32,000 nucleotides of DNA from NCBI GenBank assembly GCA_905321285.1, contig CAJNRF010010171.1, positions 100,756 to 132,755 on the forward strand, written 5' to 3'. The position numbers and the translations under genes are program-made. This stretch comes from Rotaria magnacalcarata (lineage: Eukaryota). Positions 1-12,854 of the stretch are shown here, in pieces. The notes beneath the pieces are model-generated. The model was not told the DNA's origin. It did no database searches and saw only the letters and a list, made by a program, of their open reading frames with translations. The stretch's first letter is position 1; every line of letters starts with the position of its first letter.

Positions 1-482
1 ATAACGATTATCATCCATAGGAACAATATCTAATAGGAGCATGTATTTCGTATTTGGATCTAGTTCACTAACAGATACACGGAAGTTTGGAAATAAACGA
101 CGACCACTTCTACTTTTCAAAAGGTCAATGATAATATTTCAATAAGTTATAAAGTAGATATTTTTTTCCAATTTACTTTGTTATAATCATTTCGTTTCCT
201 AATGCATAAAATCGTTTCCATAAATCCGTATCTTCAAGTTTAACACGTACTTTGGCATCAAGTCTTTCTCTTTTCATATCTAAACAATAAATTTCGTTTA
301 TTTGTTTGTCAAACGAAAACGTTTTCATTACCTGCACAACCAAAATAATTCACTGGATCCGTGTTGGTACTTGATGCTGTTGGATAAAATGAATTATACA
401 TATTAGCTGCAGCAGTGAATGCAGCCATTGATGCATATGCTGATGAAGCAGCACGTTGAAACAGATGATTGTCGTCAAGCAT
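1..482 (-). CDS. T-box transcription factor, 5' part only (exons 1-3; the gene continues past the window start)
   Basis: Minus-strand ATG at 482. Exons 482-332, 279-177 and 109-1 are joined by GT-AG introns of 52 and 67 bp with consistent phase. The product is [121 protein letters not shown]. The pattern LW.RF....NEMIITK.GRR.FP...VS.S.LDP..Y.LLLD....D..RY is the N-terminal signature of the T-box DNA-binding domain. None of these exons appears in the supplied ORF track. Confidence 0.85.
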
Positions 483-1661
483 GACAATCTTTAAGGTACT
501 CTTTTTTTACAAACTTTCTTCACACAAACTCAAATTCACCACACCCTTATTCCACACCAAGATAACTTGATAAAATAGACACTCTAGTTCTGTTTTTCTG
601 TTGATAATAAAAGAGGAAATGCCTCTCTATTTCTACTTGTTGTTCTCTTCTTTTTCTCGTATGCCTTCTCTTGTTTCTTTTTCTTTTTGTTATATGACTA
701 TCTACCAATCAATTGCAAGAGAATTCTTCATGTTTCAATCATTGATTCCGATCTAAAGTTCTTATTCCAGCTATAAGATTCTATTTTTGTTGACACAATC
801 AAACAGCTACCTATTATGTTTAAGGCGATTTTCTGCATGCTACTCGTTGATCTAATCATCAGTTTAATTAATATTGAATTAGACCAGCTGTTATCTAACT
901 AAATTGAACGTCGTATAATAAAATAGACATTTAAAAACGACTGATGAACTCATTAAAGAGAGAAAAAAACAAATAAGTGAGATCGTGAGAGAAATAGATA
1001 GCGGAATGAGTCTATTCTTTTAGTTTGATAAGGTGTCAAATGAACAAGTGAACCATGCGGTACATATGTCACTGTTAACAGCATGAACATCAAATATGTA
1101 AATTGCGATGACAATTGAAGACTACGAAAGATCCTAATAGAATCATAAAAACGAAAGCATTCCTCATTTCGTAACGACGTTTTGAGAATCACAACTAACT
1201 GTGATCTGTATTGACTTGAGTAGCATTTTTCTTCTTTTTTTATATTCTTTTAGCAATTGGCAGTTTGTTATTTCCACACATTTGACCTGTCGCATGTGTT
1301 TAAAGTAAAAGCAAAACAAGATTAAAACGATGAGCTAGATTTGACAGCATTACATCACAGCCTGATGGTAATATAATGCATGATGCTTGTCAATTTACAA
1401 AAGCATATGGACTATTTTTTTCCTCTTTTAATCAGATCTTAAAGAGACAACAAAGTCTCTAAAAACGGATCATATTAAGAACGATGAGAAAAATCTTGCA
1501 GGGCATTTATTTATAGCTTGATCGAACATTATTAAATAGACTATCTGATGCGACCTATTGGAGATAAAAATCATCACACAACGATTAGAAAATAATTTTT
1601 CTATTGTTACACCTAATTATAGATGCTCTTTCGATGCAGTACAGCATTGGAATAAGAAAGT

Positions 1662-1675
1662 CACACACACACACA
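1662..1675. repeat. (CA)7 microsatellite
   Basis: Direct reading: cacacacacacaca. Confidence 0.9.
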
Positions 1676-3631
1676 AATGATCTTCTCTGTTGTGAAGAAG
1701 GGAAACTGACACGAAGAATTGTGTGAGTGTAAAGAGCTAAGAACCATTTTCAAAATTCAATCAATTAGAGTATAATTTTAATTCAATGTGCTAAGAGAAT
1801 CATCAAATCTAGATTGGTTTAATGAAAAAGAAAGGAAAAAAAAACAAGGTTTGTTGTTTAGATAAGAATTAGTTAATTTTATCAAACGATCAACTTGATG
1901 TCGGATTTCTTTGACGAAAATGGTTGATGCTGAAAATTGGAATCAACAAGTTGCTTGCTGCTCTAAGCTATCTTTATCTTTATCTTTATCTTTTCTGTTT
2001 CTTTTTTAGATCGGCTACCAATGCTGCTGTTTTTAACACGATTGATTTCTTTGATCTTGTCGGATATTAAACTTCTATTAAAGAAAAGAAAAAACTTTTA
2101 AGGTTTAAAAAATGTGTCAATTTAATCGTTCATTATGTCACTAGGCTACAAAAGAAGAAAATGAGAATTTAAATGATATTCATGACCTTGTGTCCACGCG
2201 TGCTTTGAGTATTTCAAACGAAAAGAAAATGTACAATATTGTCCATCATCGAAATTCTCAATCTTGGACAAATATTTGTACACATAAACGAAATATTGTC
2301 GGCGACAAAATGGATAAATTGATAGTAAAAAAACGACATGACATATACATTGTAAATGAAATAGATACAATTTAATCATTAGTTTATAGAATAAGGAGAT
2401 CAATTTTGAAAAGAAAAAAATGATTATTTTCTATACTTGACTTCATCAATTCAAATACATGTACTCGTTTGGAATTGATACATAAAAGATTAACCCAAAG
2501 CGAATGAATTAATAAAGAGTCCATTTTACGGTCAATCGCGTTCACCGCATGTTCAGTTTTTCTATTATTACGTTTTGGGAATGCAGGAGGCAAATGATTG
2601 ATCTTTCACTAATACTCGTTCTCCGTTTTATGCACTGCATGTATAAGCAGTCTAATTGTGATCGGTTTGTCACCTTCGAATAATAGAGGAAAAAATAAGA
2701 AATAAAAATTGATTATTAGTAGACAGACTGTACCAACAGACAGATAGATAAATAGACAAAACAAGTCACCTACTGTGTTTGTATATTTTCTGATCAAATA
2801 AATTTGAAAAAATTAAAAAGACAAGTTTAGATGATTTAGAAAAGATATATTCAGATCAAAGTCAATATTGTTTGAATCAATTACATATAACAACAACAAA
2901 AAGAATACTCTAAGAAGAAATTTCAATGATAATGAATTAAACTTATTTTGTTTTCTACATTTAACATACGAAATTCTCATGTTTTCACATCGTCTATCGA
3001 TATCAATGAATAGAAATTTTACTCTCAAGTTCTTCCACGCATGATCTGACTTTTCATGATTATTTATATTCAGTTATTTCTAGCACCAATTATGGTGCTA
3101 AAAAACATAGTTCTAATTGTATAACATTTATATATGCTGCTCCTTTCACATGTCCACACCCCTGTATTTTTCCAACACTGCCTGAAGCCACTACCATCAC
3201 CTTCGAACGAAAAAAGAAAAATTCATGGATCAATAACTTTACCTATGCGGTAAAAAAACAGAGAAAAGTGCAAGTAGTCATCATGATGACCACCTACTGA
3301 GTTTTGACCTATTTGAGGTGTTTGGACGCGCACTTGTTCAATTAGAGGGATGTTTCATTACAACTTTCAATGGTAATTAGAGATGGGATGAACGCTAACT
3401 GTGACGATCAGAGCGTACACGCGCTTATTATAAAATCTCGAAAGACAAAAAGATTAACCGTTTAGTTTTGCTTTTTCTATGTCGATACATAAAAACTATG
3501 TTTTGATGAGCAAAATAAAAATAAAAATGCATTTCTTTTTGCAAATTTTAACACCATATGTCATTCTCGCTTGCTTCTGAAACTCGCCGTCCCGTGTGCA
3601 TTATGAGGTGTTGATATCAGTCGAACGACCG

Positions 3632-3653
3632 GTGTGTGTGTGTGTGTGTGTGT
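3632..3653. repeat. (GT)11 microsatellite
   Basis: Direct reading: gtgtgtgtgtgtgtgtgtgtgt, in the intergenic region between the T-box and TH genes. Confidence 0.95.
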
Positions 3654-4027
3654 TAAGTCAAATGTCGATAGAAACATACTTCTTTCATCTTTAAACGTTT
3701 CACGCGCGCATATATACATAAGAAATCGTGTGAACGAATTTTACGCCTGAGAAAAGAAAAGGCTTTCTTTTTTAGCGAATTAAAATATATGTTTTCGACA
3801 AAACGATGCGCAAATACTTATGAAATAATTATTTATTGAAGAAGTATTGAGAGATTCACATATATTTATCATCATTTATAGCAACTATAGTTATTATTTT
3901 GATATCTTCAACGTTATGATTTGATAATCATAATGATTTTATTTGTTATTTATTTCGGTCAAATCATTTTATTATTTAAAGAAAAAGGCTTTGTTCCAGT
4001 TTATTTTTGCAATAAAATGAATAGATG

Positions 4028-4033
4028 TTTATT
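4028..4033 (-). promoter_or_regulatory. Candidate AATAAA polyadenylation signal of the TH gene
   Basis: The minus strand reads TAA-g-AATAAA immediately after the TH stop codon (4037-4035). A second AATAAA lies at 4005-4000. AATAAA is frequent in AT-rich DNA, so this is weak evidence. Confidence 0.3.
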
Positions 4034-4034
4034 C

Positions 4035-6004
<1,970 letters not shown>

Positions 6005-6095
6005 TAGGTCTTTTCAACACTTTGCTTTCTTGATTCAAGTGTAAAGGTTTCTGTGCTTTTGTCAGAAGAGGAAGAAGAAAAGGCAGAATGTTTCA

Positions 6096-6104
6096 ATTTA
6101 TATA
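6096..6104 (-). promoter_or_regulatory. Candidate TATA box upstream of TH
   Basis: The minus strand reads TATATAAAT about 92-100 nt upstream of the TH ATG (6004). TATA-like strings are common in this AT-rich sequence and there is no TSS evidence. Confidence 0.2.
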
Positions 6105-6812
6105 GTCAAAGCATTTCAATAAATTACGCCTTCGCGGATCGACAGTCGCACGCATTTCCTTTTAAAATGGGAAATCAACAACATGCCGATTTGTATAAAA
6201 ATAAAACCGACAGAGAAAGAAAAAATCATTCTTCATGAATAATGGATTGGATGATCGTATTGTTGATTTCGCTGAGAAGCATCAGCAATTGTATATTTCC
6301 AAGACATTAAGAAAGCTCACAATGATTTGCATGAGATTGCCGTGCAAACATGTCATATAGTTGGTTCAAGGACAATCGCGAATATTGTCAACTATTACGA
6401 TTAATGTTGTTATTGTTATTGCACCCATTTTTTTCCATACAGGAAGTCTGTCTTTTTTCCTTTTATTTTCGGTGATCAATTATCAATTGTGATCGTAAAC
6501 GATAGACGTTGACAGCCGATTTTGAATGTTTTATGACGTAAAAGCTTTGCTCCGGGAACTGTCAATCAAGTTTCTTTGGTTAATTTTTATTTTCTGCCGG
6601 TCATGATCAATGAATAAATCAGAAAGAAACGAGAATCCAGAAAATCGTTTGTTCAATATAGTTCAAGCTGTATTTTGCACTTTTTCATTTAAAAAATATA
6701 TATGTACATTATCCTAAAGAAAAAGAACAAAACGAAAAATAAAGAAATTATCGAACAATGAATTTTAAATAAAAAGAAAAGCAAAATAAAAAAGAAACAA
6801 AATTTCGAAATG

Positions 6813-8476
6813 TTATTCATCTTCGATAATATCAATCCATCGCGGAAATTGAATCATATGTATTGGTGTATCGGCTTTCACCGCTTTAATAATAATATTG
6901 GTTGCTTTACTTGTAAATTTATGTACACGTTTAAGATGATCTCTAAGATGTCGTACTTGTTTGATTGTATCACATGGTGAATTCAATATATGAAGTGTTG
7001 GATAGTTGATAAAGCCTTTATTTATTGGACAAGCAACAGTACGTAATTCATCTATGTTTAAAATAATATGATTATCATCAAATAATTGTGTTGTCATTGG
7101 ATTTAGACCCGAACGGATAGCTCGAGCAAGTGTCAGTGATGCTAATGGAGTTAAATGATGAACTCGACGAAAATGTTCGTGTAAACGAAATGTACGTGGA
7201 TTTCCATATATTTTTGAACATAATCGTATTCCATGTAACTGACAACTAATACCAAAGGCACCATCTTGTGTTAATGGACAGTAACCACGGAATTTCGACG
7301 CAGGCACGTTTCGTTTCGGCTATAAATAATATTGAGATTACACATCAAATAAACAAATATCTTTAATTATGACATACCGTGATATTAATTTGATCTCTAT
7401 AAAAGAAAAATAGTTCATTAAAAACATAATACATTAAATAGATGTTTCTAATTTACTCAAGAGTACTAGCTTCGATTGTATTATCTTCATTTTCGAATTC
7501 CATCGAATTTCCATAATCATCAGCTAAGAATAGAACAAAATAAAAAATGATTATATTATTGAAATTAGTTAAAACAATGAATCACATTCGGCAATGTCTT
7601 GAAAATACTCGTTGTCTGGTTCAGTTAACCTTAAGTAGCGAAGAAAAACAATTATGTAAAAAATACGAGTGTACTTGTTTAACGCTTACGGTGAATTTCC
7701 ATTAGTATTTAATACTGAAGGGCAAAAATCTATAGTTTCAGAATCTTAAAGTATGAAAGAAAACAATGAATACACGAGACAACCAAATCTGCGTTTCAAG
7801 CTTTAATTTTAATTGTTGTACAGATATAAATATATATTTACCATTGTTCGTAATGACTGATAAAGATAAAGATTCTAGAATCAGAAAAAAAGAAGTAGAA
7901 TGTTGGTTCTGTTGTTTTTTTTTTGAATAATAAATGATGTATTTACCATAATCGATAGTTTGTTGATTCTCTTCGTCATCATCTGTTATTAATTCGACTT
8001 TTGAATCAGCATCATCTAATCAATGGTTATTCTTCTGTTTCTCTTTTCAAATGAACAAAACAAAACAGCTTACTAATAGTTGATTTCGCTTGATTTTCTT
8101 GTTCCATAAATTTTTCCACTGTTTCAATAGCAATTTGAAGCTTTCGATTATTTTCCATTGAATCGTGAAAATTATTTATTGATAATACATTTTGTATATC
8201 TTTACGTAATTTTTGGAAAGTTTCAAGTTTCATTTTTAAGTTTTGAAATTCTTCTTGAACTTTATCTTCATTAAATATTAAAATATAACTATTCCATAGA
8301 TTTTCTAATTGTTTTTTAGATTGAATTTGCTTCTCAGTACATTTATCATGTTCGGATAAATGTCTAATACATAGCATTTTTTTACAATGATATAAACATG
8401 GAAATACACGTGTTGACAAAGAATTGCATTCCTTTAAACATAATTCATCTTCACACTGACCAGATATTTCGGACAT
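6813..8476 (-). CDS. Cys/His zinc-module (B-box/MYND/HIT-like) plus coiled-coil protein with acidic linker and duplicated C-terminal Cys/His module, about 398 aa
   Basis: Proposed exons (minus): 8476-8074, 8015-7947, 7874-7842, 7744-7690, 7629-7586, 7523-7457, 7396-7378, 7319-6813. The total is 1197 nt, all introns are GT-AG, and the phases chain into the frame of the terminal ORF. The N-terminus is MSEISGQCEDELCLKECNSLSTRVFPCLYHCKKMLCIRHLSEHDKC, with spacing C-x3-C-x9-C-x3-C-x4-C-x2-H-x3-H-x2-C, a cross-brace-like pattern. A heptad-rich segment follows (QLENLWNSY...FQNLKMKLETFQKLRKDIQN...). Five small acidic exons come next, then a 169-codon terminal exon. The first and last exons are solid. 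The chain of small internal exons is the only phase-consistent path I found but it is not verified. Confidence 0.6.
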
Positions 8477-11400
8477 TTTTTTCTTCTTCTAATCTTAAAA
8501 ATAAAAAACAAAAATGAAAAGAATATTCTTTTCGATTCAAGACCTAAAAGGTTAATTATTCTCTTTTCCTTTTTGACTTCATGGCTCGATATTTTTAAAT
8601 CAGTTTTCAATTCATGTTTCAATTTCATATGTACAAGATAATATCATTTGATGAAAACGAAACAAATGACAGCGTATCATAATGTGCACCTTGTGGTTTT
8701 TTAATTCGACAATGAAGGACGTGGAAATGATTTATCAATTATTGATGATGTTTGAATTATGAATACTAAATAGACATTTGTTCTAAGATGAAAAAGAAAT
8801 AGATTAGATTTTGTAACGACATATTTACAAATGTTGAACAGAGTTTAAATTCTGGATTTCTACATAAATTGATAGAGAATTATTTAGACCAAGCAGATCA
8901 ATGCTTCAAAAGTAATATATTTTTCTTTCCTCAGAATGATTTAAATTTATTGCAGCGAAAATTACTTTTTTTTCGAAGTATAGGTCAAAAGCATCGGTAA
9001 GAATTATGCCACTATAACTTGATGACAGAAGAACAAAGTCTAAAAAGGATCTACTCGATATATACAGAGATGTACAGTTGCACGGCTGATAAACAAACAG
9101 CTAAGAAGATATTATACGGTATTTTACAAATTCTCATCTGTTAGGATTTATTTACATATATTCCTTTATTTTATTCATAAAGAAACTAGTAATGAAACAA
9201 TAATCGACGATAAAGATAAAGGAATGGTATAATCATTCCACTTGTAACAGAGACAACTAGATCCTCCTTCACATGCCTATACTATATAATCGATCGATAA
9301 CGAATTATATAGAAAAAATAATATAGAGGCTGTTGGAACGATAGATATCGTCCCATAACATCATTGAAGCGTGATCAAACATCATTTCATAATCGCTCAT
9401 TACTTTTTGATGGTTAAAATCGTCATCAATTTGACTAGAATACAAATCAGTGTACTACTGAATTGAACGAAATCAATATGATTAGTTACTGCATACTAGA
9501 ATTATTAAATAGTCATTTGTATTAGTCATCGAAGAGTCTAAAAAGAAGAAATACATTTTCTCAATAGATAAATGAATAGTTTAATATAGAAAACCTCCAT
9601 TCAAATCGAAATTACTATCAAACATTGAATTTTGTTTTAGTTGTTAAGCAATACTGCTTATAGTTTAATAAGATTATTTTTTCAAAGTATGTCGAATAGT
9701 CAAAAAAACACTATTTTGTTACAAATTTTAGAGTTTTCTACCATAATGCGGAGCTGTAATTAAAGACGGAATGAATTGAGTCAAAAAGTGGAAAAAATGA
9801 AAAATGATCTGTTTACATGAGTTAGAGTCCAGTAAGGTATGAAAACTTTGAACAGAACAACGAAGCTTAGGTCTTCTGTCCAGAACACTATAAGGATTTT
9901 ACTGGAATCTAAATCTGTACCAGCAGAGATATGAAACAATCTAATTGCGATGTTTTCATCTAAAATTCTGCTCAAAGACAGATCTATTTACCAATCGATT
10001 ATCCTGAAAATTTCATCTTGAAAAAATATTTCCTTCCTGAAATATTTAACTACAAACGATGACTCATATAATCCAAAAGATGCTAAACTTTTCTGCTTTT
10101 TATGACGCTTAAGCATCTCAGAAGGAAAGCATTGTTTTGAATTGAAATTTCTAACTCATTCTGTTCATTAATAGATCTGCCTGTGGTCAAAATCTCGCAT
10201 CTAACTATCACTACTCGGTTTGCTTGAGTATACCATCACATTGACTAAAACTTCAGTAAAAGGGCAATAACTTTGGATAGAAGGTTAAGAGGATTTATTC
10301 GTTTGAAATTTTTCATAACTTACTTACTTAGTGCTATCTTGTGTAGAAAGTCCGAGCTGAGACGTGATTAGATAGTTGAGAATGTTTCCTTGTAAGTAGA
10401 TTTGAAAATGAATTATTTATGATTATAATTAACTACAGTAATTTCTTAGAATAAATTCTCTCGAAGTGTTACATGGAAATGTAATCGATAGATCAAATCA
10501 TGTATTTTTTCATCTTGAGGGAAATGCCTATTTTGTATACCGAAGAATCAATTCTTGTCGGAGCAATATTCAATAGACTGAAAATCTATTTCTATGTTTC
10601 TACAGATACTATCGATTTTTTAAGCTTGTTTTCATGAAAAGATCTTTGTTAAATGTTAACTAAATATCATCTATCAATGGAGACATATATTCTTTGAATT
10701 TGATGAGATTTTAAAAGTTCGCTGAGTTTTTTTTCCGAAGGTTGCTCATTTGATAACAATAGTCAGTAGTATTTTTGAACGTATGTGTACAAATTATATT
10801 TCTCATAGTGATAGTTCAACTATTAATAAATCATACCTTCCAATAATTATAAAGTAATGTTGGAGAAGAAAAAAAAGGTTTCTCATTTATTTCCATTTAT
10901 CATGAAAATTTTCTTTCTTGAGATATTCTAAAATCTTGGAATATACATTTACAGATATAAAATTCATAGAAAATCTCATGAAACATTTGTGAGCATGACA
11001 CAGTGGCATGGTTGTCAATAATGAATATTTTGCTTCAGCTAAAAGTTACTGAAAAACAAATCTCAACATTTATATACACTTATAGTGTTTCTAATCCAGA
11101 TCACTGGTACAAATTCTTTCTTCACTGTCAACCATTGACATATCCGTCTTTTAGATCACAATGAATCAATCTTTGATGCTTTAACTATTTTCATATACTA
11201 TTCATTCTTAGGTAAATTTTGATAGTTTTCTTAGAGTAGAAGTCTTATTAATTATTCATTCTGTTTGCTGAAGTTTTAAAAATTTAAACCAGTTATTGTT
11301 AAGTCTCTGCTACGGACAAATTTAGATCGGATATAAATCTCATTAATTTTTCTGCACTGAATATAATTACAGTTACCAATGAGTCATCGATAAAACATAT

Positions 11401-11979
11401 TTTCATGATTTCTTTTCTGATGGTGTTCATATATATGCCGATTCAAATTATCATATATGTTTCAAGGCATGACCTACAGAATAGTAACCAACCAGGATTC
11501 ATTGTAGTTAAGAAGACATCAATAGAGGAAAATATTTTGTATATATTACTAGGATATAATAATCGATCATTAATCTTGAAAAATCAAAGATAGACATTCT
11601 GCTTACTGCTTGATATGCTGTTACTTAATACGTAAGAATGGATGTACTCAAAGAGTAAATTAACATTAGGGTTCTACTAATAATGTATTGGTCCTTTGTT
11701 CTTATTTCCTACTCCAGCGATTAGATAACCATGACTTCAACAGAATATATGGCAGTAGCGTCTTATATCTACTAGAAAACAATGTTTACATTATGGCCGT
11801 TTTCCTTTTCTTCTTTTTTTCTCTTGTAAAGATCATCATTGCTTTTTGTTGACATTGTTGTCTCCAGATGGTTTCCCACCCTTTCATCATTTCTCACATT
11901 GAATACAAATATACACAGTAGAAGAAAGAATATACGACAACTAATATATTGCCATAATTAATATTCTGCGAAAGCGCTC

Positions 11980-12836
11980 ATGCAGCTGATGGTGATAGGA
12001 ACGTTTTTACTGGCCATGATATTTTCATTAGTCTCTTGTGGTATTTTATTACGTATTGAACAACCAACATTTGAGACACGTGTTAAGAATGCTGAAACAA
12101 TTTTATTCGGTCGTTTTAATTGGTTAATCCCTATCAGTAGCAATGATAATTTCAATGAAGTTCACTCATCTGAACAAAATACATTTGAATTTATTGTTTA
12201 TTGTACAATAAAAAAAAGTAAAGCACCTGAAAATGTTCCACGTTTTCTTCGTATTATTATAACAAACAATGGTAATCGGAAAAAAGAAGCCTTTGTTTTT
12301 TAATATTAATAGAATTTTTATTTTTATTTAGAAACTGAAATGGATATGAAAAAAAATACTTGGTTTATATTATTTCCTAAAATGAGCCATTTAAAAAACA
12401 TTTGGATAGTTGATAATCGAAGTGATGTATTCGATTTAGAAGATGATCTTGAACTGCATATATTTGAAAAATTTTGTTTTCTCGAACCAAAACTTCCCTA
12501 TGGTTATAAAAACAAATTTCTTCGAAAAATAATCATTTGTCTAAACATATTCTTTTCATAGGTTTTCCGTATAGTGGTCTTCTTAATCGTTGTCCGAAGC
12601 CAAGTCCTCAACATTGTTTTGTAAATGGTAGCGAAATATTATTTCAATATACTTTGATATCTATACAATCTACATGTATTATTATAGGTACAGCAATTCG
12701 TTCCGATGAATTACTTGAATTAAAAACGTTCCTAACAAGTACAACAACTCGAAAGACAAAATTAAGTAAAACTAAACGTTCATATCGATCGAAACATATA
12801 ATCAAAGAAAAGAAATTTATTAGACCTGTTTGGTAA
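11980..12836 (+). CDS. Predicted secreted (or signal-anchored) Cys-containing protein with basic C-terminal tail, 245 aa, family not recognised
   Basis: Exons: 11980-12271, 12332-12502, 12562-12836. Introns are GT-AG (60 and 59 bp), both phase 1, and they link the three ORF-track ORFs in frame. The N-terminus has a hydrophobic signal-like segment (MQLMVIGTFLLAMIFSLVSCGILL). Cysteines are scattered through the mature part. The tail is lysine/arginine-rich (TTTRKTKLSKTKRSYRSKHIIKEKKFIRPVW). Confidence 0.6.
12816..12821 (-). promoter_or_regulatory. AATAAA poly(A) signal candidate for the minus-strand membrane-protein gene, embedded in the last codons of the plus-strand gene
   Basis: Plus-strand tttatt equals minus-strand AATAAA. 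It lies 34-39 nt downstream of the minus-gene stop (12857-12855), within plus-gene codons ...KKFIRPVW. Confidence 0.4.
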
Positions 12837-12841
12837 TTAAA
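12836..12841 (+). promoter_or_regulatory. ATTAAA poly(A) signal candidate for the plus-strand secreted-protein gene, overlapping its stop codon
   Basis: The sequence tggTAAttaaaaaac contains ATTAAA starting at the last base of the TAA stop (12834-12836). Typical cleavage 10-30 nt downstream would fall in or next to the last codons of the convergent gene. Confidence 0.35.
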
Positions 12842-12854
12842 AAACAAAAAAAAA

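Noticed and set aside
2146-3028. Four nearly abutting minus-strand ORFs (2146-2403, 2384-2593, 2609-2797, 2813-3028), which could suggest a degraded long gene.
   Set aside because: The translations are hydrophobic or low-complexity and typical of AT-rich non-coding DNA. They are in different frames, I found no consistent GT-AG links, and no motif is recognisable.
8803-9141. A plus-strand frame open for 65 plus 47 codons with one internal TAA (IRFCNDIFTNVEQSLNSGFLHKLIENYLDQADQCFKSNIFFFPQNDLNLLQRKLLFFRSIGQKHR*ELCHYNLMTEEQSLKRIYSIYTEMYS...), with acceptor-like and donor-like sites. It could be a pseudogene or a transposase remnant.
   Set aside because: Open runs of this length are expected many times by chance in 32 kb of AT-rich sequence. 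The implied introns would be only 23-32 nt. The vague resemblance to a mariner FLHRIV segment is not convincing.
11221-11238. An exact 18-mer, gatagttttcttagagta, shared between 11221-11238 and 27681-27698, with a nearby gaagtctt(c)att in both. This could hint at a dispersed repeat family linking the two gene-poor intervals.
   Set aside because: A rough estimate gives about one chance 18-mer match within a 32-kb AT-rich window. The flanks do not align further.
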